Below the pieces are notes generated by a model, which was not told the origin of the DNA, searched no databases, and worked only from the letters and a program-made list of their open reading frames with translations. The position numbers were made by a program, and so were the translations under genes. 64,000 nucleotides of DNA, from assembly GCA_004431415.1 (NCBI GenBank), contig QPMI01000477.1:248001-312000 (forward strand), in the 5' to 3' direction. Within the stretch, counting starts at the first letter, position 1. Each line of letters opens with the position of its first letter. This stretch comes from Cyanophora paradoxa CCMP329. Its lineage: Eukaryota > Plantae > Glaucophyta. Below, piece by piece: positions 1 through 11,800 of the stretch.

Positions 1-3000
1 CGAGGTGAACTGAGCCTCTTCGCTGCGCTGCCGGCCCGCCCGGCTCAGAATTCGTCGCAGGTCGCGTGCTGGCGGGCTTGAGGGTGGGCGCAGCTCCGTT
101 TCACCGAGGTGGGCCTGGTTCTTCGAGGGCGGACACGGGCCGCGAGGTGCACTGAGCCTCTTCGCTGCGCCGCCGGCCTGCCCGGCTCAGAATTCGTCGC
201 AGGTCGCGTGCTGGCGGGCTTGAGGGCGGGCGCAGCTCCGTTTCACCGAGGCGGGCCTGGTTCTTCGAGGGCGGACGCGGCCCGCGAGGTGCACTGAGCC
301 TCTTCGCTGCGCCGCCGGCCCGCCCGGCTCAGAATTCGTCGCAGGTCGCGTGCTGGCGGGCTTGAGGGCGGGCGCAGCTCCGTTTCACCGAGGTGGGCCT
401 GGTTCTTCGAGGGTGGGCGCAGCTCGCGAGGTGCACTGAGCCTCTTCGCTGCGCCGCCGGCCCGCCCGGCTCAGAATTCGTCGCAGGTCGCGTGCTGGCG
501 GGCTTGAGGGCGGGCGCAGCTCCGTTTCACTGAGGCGGGCCTGGTTCTTCGAGGGCGGACGCAGCCCGCGAGGTGCACTGAGCCTCTTCGCTGCGCCGCC
601 GGCCCGCCCGGCTCAGAATTCGTCGCAGGTCGCGTGCTGGCGGGCTTGAGGGCGGGCGCGGGTCCGTTTCACTGAGGCGGGCCTGGTTCTTCGAGGGTGG
701 ACGCAGCTCGCGAGGTGCACTGAGCCTCTTCGCTGCGCCGCCGGCCCGCCGGGCTCAGAATTCGTCGCAGGTCGCGTGCTGGCGGGCTTGAGGGCGGGCG
801 CGGGTCCGTTTCACTGAGGCGGGCCTGGTTCTTCGAGGGTGGGCGCAGCCCGCGAGGTGCACTGAGCCTTTTCGCTGCGCTGCCGGCCCGCCCGGCTCAG
901 AATTCGTCGCAGGTCGCGTGCTGGCGGGCTTGAGGGCGGGCGCGGGTCCGTTTCACTGAGGTGGGCCTGGTTCTTCGAGGCCGGACGCGGCCCGCGAGGT
1001 GCACTGAGCCTCTTCGCTGCGCCGCCGGCCCGCCCGGCTCAGAATTCGTCGCAGGTCGCGTGCTGGCGGGCTTGAGGGCGGGCGCGGGTCCGTTTCACTG
1101 AGGCGGGCCTGGTTCTTCGAGGGTGGACGCAGCTCGCGAGGTGCACTGAGCCTCTTCGCTGCGCCGCCGGCCCGCCGGGCTCAGAATTCGTCGCAGGTCG
1201 CGTGCTGGCGGGCTTGAGGGCGGGCGCAGCTCCGTTTCACTGAGGAGGGCCTGGTTCTTCGAGGGTGGGCGCAGCCCGCGAGGTGCACTGAGCCTTTTCG
1301 CTGCGCTGCCGGCCCGCCCGGCTCAGAATTCGTCGCAGGTCGCGTGCTGGCGGGCTTGAGGGCGGGCGCAGCTCCGTTTCACCGAGGTGGGCCTGGTTCT
1401 TCGAGGGTGGACACGGCCCGCGAGGTGCACTGAGCCTCTTCGCTGCGCCGCCGGCCTGCCCGGCTCAGAATTCGTCGCAGGTCGCGTGCTGGCGGGCTTG
1501 AGGGCGGGCGCGGGTCCGTTTCACCGAGGTGGGCCTGGTTCTTCGAGGGCGGACGCGGCCCGCGAGGTGCACTGAGCCTCTTCGCTGCGCCGCCGGCCCG
1601 CCCGGCTCAGAATTCGTCGCAGGTCGCGTGCTGGCGGGCTTGAGGGCGGGCGCAGCTCCGTTTCACTGAGGCGGGCCTGGTTCTTCGAGGGCGGACGCAG
1701 CCCGCGAGGTGCACTGAGCCTCTTCGCTGCGCCGCCGGCCCGCCCGGCTCAGAATTCGTCGCAGGTCGCGTGCTGGCGGGCTTGAGGGCGGGCGCGGGTC
1801 CGTTTCACTGAGGCGGGCCTGGTTCTTCGAGGGTGGACGCAGCTCGCGAGGTGCACTGAGCCTCTTCGCTGCGCCGCCGGCCCGCCGGGCTCAGAATTCG
1901 TCGCAGGTCGCGTGCTGGCGGGCTTGAGGCGGGCGCGGGTCCGTTTCACTGAGGCGGGCCTGGTTCTTCGAGGGTGGGCGCAGCCCGCGAGGTGCACTGA
2001 GCCTTTTCGCTGCGCTGCCGGCCCGCCCGGCTCAGAATTCGTCGCAGGTCGCGTGCTGGCGGGCTTGAGGGCGGGCGCGGGTCCGTTTCACTGAGGTGGG
2101 CCTGGTTCTTCGAGGCCGGACGCGGCCCGCGAGGTGCACTGAGCCTCTTCGCTGCGCCGCCGGCCCGCCCGGCTCAGAATTCGTCGCAGGTCGCGTGCTG
2201 GCGGGCTTGAGGGCGGGCGCGGGTCCGTTTCACTGAGGCGGGCCTGGTTCTTCGAGGGTGGACGCAGCTCGCGAGGTGCACTGAGCCTCTTCGCTGCGCC
2301 GCCGGCCCGCCGGCTCAGAATTCGTCGCAGGTCGCGTGCTGGCGGGCTTGAGGCGGGCGCAGCTCCGTTTCACTGAGGAGGGCCTGGTTCTTCGAGGGTG
2401 GGCGCAGCCCGCGAGGTGCACTGAGCCTTTTCGCTGCGCTGCCGGCCCGCCCGGCTCAGAATTCGTCGCAGGTCGCGTGCTGGCGGGCTTGAGGGCGGGC
2501 GCAGCTCCGTTTCACCGAGGTGGGCCTGGTTCTTCGAGGGTGGACACGGCCCGCGAGGTGCACTGAGCCTCTTCGCTGCGCCGCCGGCCTGCCCGGCTCA
2601 GAATTCGTCGCAGGTCGCGTGCTGGCGGGCTTGAGGGCGGGCGCGGGTCCGTTTCACCGAGGTGGGCCTGGTTCTTCGAGGGCGGACGCGGCCCGCGAGG
2701 TGCACTGAGCCTCTTCGCTGCGCCGCCGGCCCGCCCGGCTCAGAATTCGTCGCAGGTCGCGTGCTGGCGGGCTTGAGGGCGGGCGCGGGTCCGTTTCACT
2801 GAGGCGGGCCTGGTTCTTCGAGGGTGGACGCGGCCCGCGGGGTGCACTGAGCCTCTTCGCTGCGCCGCCGGCCCGCCCGGCTCAGAATTCGTCGCAGGTC
2901 GCGTGCTGGCGGGCTTGAGGGCGGGCGCGGGTCCGTTTCACTGAGGTGGGCCTGGTTCTTCGAGGGTGGGCGCAGCTCGCGAGGTGCACTGAGCCTCTTC

Positions 3001-4235
3001 GCTGCGCTGCCGGCCCGCCCGGCTCAGAATTCGTCGCAGGTCGCGTGCTGGCGGGCTTGAGGGCGGGCGCGGGTCCGTTTCACTGAGGCGGGCCTGGTTC
3101 TTCGAGGGCGGACGCAGCTCGCGAGGTGCACTGAGCCTTTTCGCTGCGCCGCCGGCCCGCCCGGCTCAGAATTCGTCGCAGGTCGCGTGCTGGCGGGCTT
3201 GAGGGCGGGCGCGGGTCCGTTTCACTGAGGCGGGCCTGGTTCTTCGAGGGTGGGCGCAGCTCGCGAGGTGCACTGAGCCTCTTCGCTGCGCCACCAGCCC
3301 GCCTGGCTCAGAATTCGTCGCAGGTCGCGTGCTGGCGGGCTTGAGGGCGGGCGCAGCTCCGTTTCACCGAGGTGGGCCTGGTTCTTCGAGGGCGGACGCG
3401 GCCCGCGAGGTGCACTGAGCCTCTTCGCTGCGCCACCAGCCCGCCTGGCTCAGAATTCGTCGCAGGTCGCGTGCTGGCGGGCTTGAGGGCGGGCGCAGCT
3501 CCGTTTCACCGAGGTGGGCCTGGTTCTTCGAGGGCGGACGCGGCCCGCGAGGTGCACTGAGCCTCTTCGCTGCGCCGCCGGCCCGCCCGGCTCAGAATTC
3601 GTCGCAGGTCGCGTGCTGGCGGGCTTGAGGGCGGGCGCGGGTCCGTTTCACTGAGGTGGGCCTGGTTCTTCGAGGGCGGACGCAGCCCGCGAGGTGCACT
3701 GAGCCTCTTCGCTGCGCCGCCGGCCTGCCCGGCTCAGAATTCGTCGCAGGTCGCGTGCTGGCGGGCTTGAGGGCGGGCGCGGGTCCGTTTCACCGAGGTG
3801 GGCCTGGTTCTTCGAGGGCGGACGCGGCCCGCGAGGTGAACTGAGCCTCTTCGCTGCGCCGCCGGCCCGCCCGGCTCAGAATTCGTCGCAGGTCACGTGC
3901 TGGCGGGCTTGAGGGCGGGCGCGGGTCCGTTTCACTGAGGTGGGCCTGGTTCTTCGAGGGCGGACGCAGCTCGCGAGGTGCACCGAGCCTCTTCGCTGCG
4001 CCGCCGGCCCGCCCGGCTCAGAATTCGTCGCAGGTCACGTGCTGGCGGGCTTGAGGGTGGGCGCGGCTCCGTTTCACTGAGGCGGACCTGTTGCTTCGAG
4101 GGCGGATGCGGCCCGCGAGGTGCACTGAGCTTCTTCATGCCGAGGCCGGGTGCAGATAAGGGCTCGAGGGCGGATGCGGCCCGCGAGGTGCACTGAGCTT
4201 CTTCATGCCGAGGCCGGGTGCAGATAAGGGCTCGA
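1..4235. repeat. GC-rich tandem satellite, 142-bp unit, ~29 copies, degenerating at the right end
   Basis: Unit CGAGGTGCACTGAGCCTCTTCGCTGCG...GGCTCAGAATTCGTCGCAGGTCGCGTGCTGG recurs every 142 bp (1, 143, 285...). The array runs off the left edge of the window. Confidence 0.97.
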
Positions 4236-5677
4236 GCTGTTTATATATAGCTGTAGAGAAAAAGGGCACTTGCACTCGGGATCAGTCACAGCTAGTGCTT
4301 GCAATTGAAGCCATGGAGGTCCAAGGCCTTAGGCTTCAAAGTCATGATGGATATGGGCTTTCATTTTGATGATGGGCTTCATTCATGATCGAAGTCTCGG
4401 ATACGATGGCTGTGCATGCTTCACGGTATCGATCATGATCATGATCATGACGTTGCTATAGCTAGGTTCTGAGCCTCGGAGGCCCTGAGGCCCTGCAGCT
4501 TCAGGTGAGGCTTCATGATAATTATGACAGGGTCATGCACTGATCACGAGTCGGCGTCAGTGAGCCTCAAGGCCATGCCAGGTTGTGGCCTTATAATTAA
4601 TTATAATGACGAGCTCATGATCATGAGCATCATGATCAGACCCGGAGGACCTCGCGGCTAGGCTAGGCTGGCCCAGTGGAGGTCACCGGGTTACAGCTTC
4701 ACTGCTTCATGATCATGATGTCGTTGGGCTTCGAGGCCCTGAGCTCGAGGCTTCTTCGCGGCTTCATGATCGTCGACGTTGGGGTATAACGGGGTCACTG
4801 TGTCAGCAAGCCTTGAAGAACGCTTCTGAGCACTTGAAGGCCTTGTGGCCTTCATGACGGGCTCATGCATGATCATACTAGTGGCCCGGCCGCGTTTTGG
4901 CGCGCCGGGGGTGCAAGGGGGGAATCTGGATCTAATGAAAGAGTAGTAGTGGCACGAACATGCACGGGGCAGATGTAGATCGACCCCGGCCCAGCGCGCG
5001 CGGCAGGTTGCAATTGAAGTAGTAAAGATAGAGACAGATTATGACTGTAAAGAGTAGAAAAGGGCTGATAAGCAGACGCTGCGATCTAACCGAACAAAGA
5101 AAAGCCTGAATGAACTTCGAGATTGAGTGCACTGTATATGAAAGATTGTTCTGGAGCGGAAAAACCGTGCGCATCAACTGTGTTTGCACGGCCTACCCTA
5201 CTCCTGAACAGCTGGCTAAAAAATGATGGTGCTGTCTGCAGAGGGCTCGCCGTAAACATAGGCGATCCAGGCCGTCTGGAGGGGTCGGGGCGGAAGTCGG
5301 CCGTGCGGGTGAGCGGCAGCCAGCGGCGCCGGTCCTGAAGAGGGCCCTGCTGGGAGAGCATGGTGAGGCGGCCCGCCGCCTCGAGCGCCTGCAGAGCCAC
5401 GCGGCTGGCGCGCTGCTCGCTTCCGCCGCGCATCTGGTAGACAAGGTCTTGAAGTTCGATATCGACGAGGCCGGCGTCTCGGAGGCGCGTGAGGACTCCC
5501 ATGTGGAGGTCCTCGATTGCAGGTCTGCCGTGGCAATCATGAAACAGACGCGAGATCTAGATATGGGCAGTCCAGTTGAATGAATGTTCGCGCACCCGAC
5601 AAAGCGAACGACGAAGCGATCTTGCCGCGCAGCCGCGAGTGCTTCGACGGTTGCTGAAAAACGGCTGAAAGAGATTA

Positions 5678-6346
5678 TTACAATCGGCCGCATACCTTTT
5701 TCAGCCAGAAGAGAGCGCGTCGAATGAGCCAGGGCCGCACTTTCAGAGTCACGGTGACGGGCGCACCCTCAGTTTGAATGTAAACAGTTTCGGACTGGCC
5801 GGCCGTGCGTGGGAGCACGAGGACCAGTTCGTTGATCTTGTTGAAGAATGAGATGCAGTTGCCACGAGTAAAGCGCTGGCCCGAAGGGTGGTGTGTACGG
5901 ACGCGAGTCTCGCCGCTGACAATCGCAATCAGCTTTCGTTCCGCCTCGTTCAGGCAGCTCAGCTCCTCGGGAATATATCCGAAGTCCCACAACGCCACTG
6001 CTGTTCGCGGCATGTCGCCCGATTTGAGGGTGGGGATGCAGCGCTGGCAAAGACGAAAGTGCGGAATGTTCGATTTGCAGGCGACCTTGCAGCTGCACAT
6101 CTTGCCAGGGCACGATTCGACGAAGGTGCCCGAGTCACCTTCAACTTTGAGTACAGCTAGCATTTGCTGCAGGCCCGGCCGGCTTTCCGTTCCGGTGACG
6201 CGCTCAAAGGCCGGCGGCAGCAGCAGAGACCCCTCGCGTTTTTCGACGCCAAGCTGTTTCTGCCACGGTGGGGGCGCCTCGATATCCTCCCTGCACCCAG
6301 ATAAGTGCTGCGCAGTGGAAATGTAGAATAGGTTCGGAGTGCTCAC
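5678..6346 (-). pseudogene. DUF6570-like N-terminal region of a Helitron RepHel protein (truncated)
   Basis: IPEELSCLNEAERKLIA...GQRFTRGNCISF...LPR...LKVRPWLIRRALFWLKK matches the pattern that precedes the Rep domain in Helitron proteins. A CxxC motif lies upstream. Confidence 0.7.
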
Positions 6347-6373
6347 TTGTACACCCAGAGGGGAGTAAAGATC

Positions 6374-7063
6374 TCAAGCGAGGCGGGGAAGAAGGGGCAT
6401 TTGGGGAAGTCCGCGGCAGGCCGATACTCCGCGCAGCAGGCGCACGTCCAAAACGTGCTGTTTCGCGGCCACGTCTTCATCCACGTCGTAGTAAGAGCTG
6501 GCAGTGCGTCCCAAGGAGCGATATCTGACCGGCAATATCGACAATTTAGCGAGGGAATCCCGAATCCACATGTCCACGAAAATAGAATCCACCTGGAGGG
6601 TGCTTCTTCTCTTTGTGCTTCCGCAGAGAGGATGCAGAAGCGCCGCTCCAGCCGCAGCCCTCATGATCGCAGCTATGCGTGGCCCGTCTGGCCGTTCGCT
6701 TCCGGCGGCCTAACGCCGGGTCGGCTTCTTCCTCGGACGAACTGCTGCTGCACTCGGACTCGACTACGTCCTCCGCAGCCTCTGCATTGCGGGCAACGTC
6801 ACTACATCGATCTGGTTCAGCAACGCAGCACAAAAATTACCTCGGGCGTGTGCAGCCTCGTGCTGAAGAAGGGAAGGAGCTGACGGACAGACGATACAGC
6901 ACTGCCTGCACGGGTACTGGGCGACCGTTGCGGATGCCGGAATAGACATGTCCGGAGGCACATTCTGCGGCGAGCACTTCGCACGCTTCACGTGCCGGTC
7001 GAACGACAACTTGTCGTTGAAGGGCCGCTTGCAAATATCGCAAGACATCTGATGGAAACGCAC
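6374..7063 (-). pseudogene. C2H2 zinc-finger array upstream of DUF6570 (split across frames by introns or frameshifts)
   Basis: CDICKRPF..FDRHVK, CRQC..LLQHEAAH and CDHEGC..LRKHKEKKH in ORFs 6764-7063 and 6546-6833. Confidence 0.6.
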
Positions 7064-8899
7064 TGAGGAATAGCATTAAACACAAGGTGCCAAACAGCGC
7101 ACCGGACTCCAACGCGGGCCGGGATGTTCGAAACTGAGCCGTTGAACTTCCCGACTCACCGACGGTTCCGCTACTCGCAAAATGCCCGAAACTGAGTTTT
7201 CAGAAGCGGCGCACACAGACGACAGCCGGTCCGGATTCTGTTGAACGGTTAAGAGCTCTGAATAACAGCTGAAAATTGCAAATTTGTAAAAAAGCCGCAA
7301 AACGAGCTCACTTGGACACACAAGCGCGCGCTTCGCGGATCGACAACTGAAGCCTGAACACGCACTGCCAGGTTGGAAGTGCTCTGCGTGGCAGTCAGAA
7401 CATGCGTTAGCCCCTGCGTTTTTGCCGGCGCGCGGCTCGATAGAAACTCCACGTACTCGAGCGCTGCGCGGCTCGATCTGAACGGAAGCGCCCTGCGGGG
7501 CGGAACTGGAGCGCCCTGCGCAGGGAAATACGTACGTTATCCGATACGTGCTTGTTAACGACTGCAGCTAAATTGCAACTGCACCCACTTGAGCGCTCCG
7601 AACGTGCTGCCGGACATGCCGAAATAGGCTTTCGCGAGCGCAGAAGTGTTGACGGGCGCCCTCCGGACAACATAAGCAAATGCCGCCCGTGCACGACGAT
7701 GAGAGCGTGCATCGAGCGTCCGACAGCACGAAATCTCGCCCGGAAACAAGGTCCAATGCAGCTTTCCGTCCCATCTCGTTTGAATCCGGCTCGAGCTCGG
7801 GAAGGGCTTCCGCTGAGCTGCAACTGAATAAGATAACTGGCGGCTGTTGGAAACACTGGTAAAGCTTAAGCTGCAGTGCAGCCAGCGGCCGCAAGCGTGC
7901 TAGGCAGCTGGCCGGGTGTCGAGCGCACGCGGCGGGTGCAACGCGGGACGCCGAACGTTAACGTCGGAGCGCCGACGCTGACAGCAGCCTCAACCTGAAT
8001 GAGCAGACAATTGCAAGCGGCGTCGACCGGCGCGCCGTGCGCAGCGCGCGAACTGGTCTGCTTGCCAGGTGCCAAACGCAACAAGAGCGCCAGGCCCGTC
8101 CGGCGTGCTCGGCTGCGGGCAGCTCCGCACGCGGTTCTGCAATATAGGCTCGAATTCGGCGGCGTCCCGAGCGCAGCGAAAGAGCACGGTCTCGAAGGCC
8201 TGTCCTCGGCTACGATCAGCGGCCCAGCTAGGCAGGGGCGCATTTTTCGTTGCAAGCTAATCTAGAGGAGACGTTGACAGGTACGTAGAGAGAAGTGGTT
8301 CCATGCAGAACCGCGCAACGAAGAGCAAGGCGTACGCGACGCACTGCGAGGAAGCCGAAATGTAGAGGAGAGAGCTAGGGAGAACTGGTTCCATGCAGAA
8401 CGGCGCAAGGAATTCGAAGACCGGAGTTAGAGAGAAGTTAGTTTTCCCCTCGAAAACCACTTGAGAAGTTAGTTTTCCCCTCGAAAACCACTTTTTCCCT
8501 CCGATTCGACGCTCGAAAGTCGAGAGCTGACCGGTTCACCGAGCCAATCGGATCGCGAATAACCGACAATTTCGTTGCAAGCTGGCCCTCGAAAACGGCC
8601 TCATAGAAAACTTTTGGCTGAAGCGAGGGAACGGGAAGCAAGGGGGGGAAGACCTTCGGTCTTCTTTTCCCCCCTTGCAACTATGATAAGCATCATGATC
8701 AGGCCCGGCGGCCCGGAGGACCTCGCGGCTAGCTATAGGCTAGGCTGGAGGTTACGGCTTCACTGCTTCATGATCCTGCTTTGAGTTAGCCGGGGCTGCT
8801 GAGCCCTCGGAGGCCCTGAGTACACTCGAAGCAATATATAGGCTGGCTATAGCTTCGTTCGAATTCGAAAAGTTGGGATTCGAAGTCGGAATTCAAACA

Positions 8900-11800
8900 A
8901 AACAAATCTCATGATCAGGGAGCCGGGCGCCGGTGTTGCATCAAGAGCTTATAATAACGATCTAATATAACGTTCGAGTTCGCAATCGCGACCTGCAGCT
9001 GGCCATGGGCCAGCGACGAGCCGTGTTAATGCAACCATATGCATTGGTCAGGAGTCGCAGTCCTGCACGACCGGCCTTCGAATTCGGAAATCGGAATTCG
9101 AAAGTCGTTATCGATTCTTGAGCTTCACCCAATCTCATCATGAGCATGAGCTTTTTAACAATGGCCACGTCGCAAAGCTTAAGATTCCGAATCCGAAGTT
9201 CATTTCAATGTGCGCGACGTCAACCCCGTGCACGCCCCGGCCTTTGTGGGCCCTGCACTGGTACGCACGCGGGCCCCGCTGGCCCCACGCGGGCCCCGCA
9301 CTGTCCGCTGTGAATATGAGTGGTTCGCATGATTACTTGAAGATTTTCCCATGCCGCAGTGCATAACTTGGCTCGGCCTCCGCCAGATGCATTCCGCAGG
9401 AAACAAAGCTCATGATCAGGGAGCCGGGCGCCGGTGTTGCATCAAGAGCTTATAATAACGATCTAATCTAACGATCGAGTTCGCAATCGCGACCTGCAGC
9501 TGGCCATGGGCCAGCGACGAGCCGTGTTAATGCAACCATATGCATTGGTCAGGAGTCGCAGTCCTGCACGACCGGCCTTCGAATTCGGAAATCGGAATTC
9601 GAAAGTCGTTATCGATTCTTGAGCTTCACCCAATCTCATCATGAGCATGAGCTTTTTAACAATGGCCACGTCGCAAAGCTTAAGATTCCGAATCCGAAGT
9701 TCATTTCAATGTGCGCGACGTCAACCCCGTACACGCCCCGGGCTTTGTGGGCCCTGCACTGGTACGCACGCGGGCCCCGCTGGCCCCACGCGGGCCCCGC
9801 ACTGTCCGCTGTGAATATGAGTGGTTCGCATGATTACTTGAAGATTTTCCCATGCCGCAGTGCATAACTTGGCTCGGCCTCCGCCGGATCCATTCCGCAG
9901 GAAACAAAGCTCATGATCAGGGAGCCGGGCGCCGGTGTTGCATCAAGAGCTTATATTATAATAACGATCTAATATAACGATCGAGTTCGCAATATTAATC
10001 GCGACCTGCAGCTGGCCATGGGCCAGCGACGAGCCGTGTTAATGCAACCATATGCATTGGTCAGGAGTCGCAGTCCTGCACGACCGGCCTTCGAATTCGG
10101 AAATCGGAATTCGAAAGTCGTTATCGATTCTTGAGCTTCACCCAATCTCATCATGAGCATGAGCTTTTTAACAATGGCCACGTCGCAAAGCTTAAGATTC
10201 CGAATCCGAAGTTCATTTCAATGTGCGCGACGTCAACCCCGTGCACGCCCCGGCCTTTGTGGGCCCTGCACTGGTACGCACGCGGGCCCTGCTGGCCCCA
10301 CGCGGGCCCCGCACTGTCCGCTGTGAATATGAGTGGTTCGCATGATTACTTGAAGATTTTCCCATGCCGCAGTGCATAACTTGGCTCGGCCTCCGCCGGA
10401 TGCATTCCGCAGGAAACAAAGCTCATGATCAGGGAGCCGGGCGCCGGTGTTGCATCAAGAGCTTATAATAACGATCTAATATAACGTTCGAGTTCGCAAT
10501 CGCGACCTGCAGCTGGCCATGGGCCAGCGACGAGCCGTGTTAATGCAACCATATGCATTGGTCAGGAGTCGCAGTCCTGCACGACCGGCCTTCGAATTCG
10601 GAAATCGGAATTCGAAAGTCGTTATCGATTCTTGAGCTTCACCCAATCTCATCATGAGCATGAGCTTTTTAACAATGGCCACGTCGCAAAGCTTAAGATT
10701 CCGAATCCGAAGTTCATTTCAATGTGCGCGACGTCAACCCCGTGCACGCCCCGGCCTTTGTGGGCCCTGCACTGGTACGCACGCGGGCCCCGCTGGCCCC
10801 ACGCGGGCCCCGCACTGTCCGCTGTGAATATGAGTGGTTCGCATGATTACTTGAAGATTTTCCCATGCCGCAGTGCATAACTTGGCTCGGCCTCCGCCGG
10901 ATCCATTCCGCAGGAAACAAAGCTCATGATCAGGGAGCCGGGCGCCGGTGTTGCATCAAGAGCTTATATTATAATAACGATCTAATATAACGATCGAGTT
11001 CGCAATCGCGACCTGCAGCTGGCCATGGGCCAGCGACGAGCCGTGTTAATGCAACCATATGCATTGGTCAGGAGTCGCAGTCCTGCACGACCGGCCTTCG
11101 AATTCGGAAATCGGAATTCGAAAGTCGTTATCGATTCTTGAGCTTCACCCAATCTCATCATGAGCATGAGCTTTTTAACAATGGCCACGTCGCAAAGCTT
11201 AAGATTCCGAATCCGAAGTTCATTTCAATGTGCGCGACGTCAACCGCGTGCACGCCCAGCTGCAGGCCTTTGTGGGCCCTGCACTGGTACGCACGCGGGC
11301 CCTGCTGGCCCCAAGCGGGCCCCGCACTGTCCGCTGTGAATATGAGTGGTTCGCATGATTACTTGAAGATTTTCCCATGCCGCAGTGCATAACTTGGCTC
11401 GGCCTCCGCCGGATGCATTCCGCAGGAAACAAAGCTCATGATCAGGGAGCCGGGCGCCGGTGTTGCATCAAGAGCTTATAATAACGATCTAATCTAACGT
11501 TCGAGTTCGCAATCGCGACCTGCAGCTGGTCATGGGCCAGCGACGAGCCGTGTTAATGCAACCATATGCATTGGTCAGGAGTCGCAGTCCTGCACGACCG
11601 GCCTTCGAATTCGGAAATCGGAATTCGAAAGTCGTTATCGATTCTTGAGCTTCACCCAATCTCATCATGAGCATGAGCTTTTTAACAATGGCCACGTCGC
11701 AAAGCTTCAGATTCCGAATCCGAAGTTCATTTCAATGTGCGCGACGTCAACCCCGTACACGCCCCGGGCTTTGTGGGCCCTGCACTGGTACGCACGCGGG

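Larger units (their letters stand above)
4878..8686 (-). mobile_element. Non-autonomous Helitron (rolling-circle transposon), both ends present
   Basis: On the minus strand: A|TC 5' end at 8686, and a GC hairpin (CCCGGCGCG..CGCGGCCGGG) followed by CTAG|T at 4878. A 13-bp subterminal inverted repeat TGCAAGGGGGGAA lies at 4912-4924 and 8667-8679. Internal DUF6570-like ORF; no Rep/helicase core seen. Confidence 0.85.
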
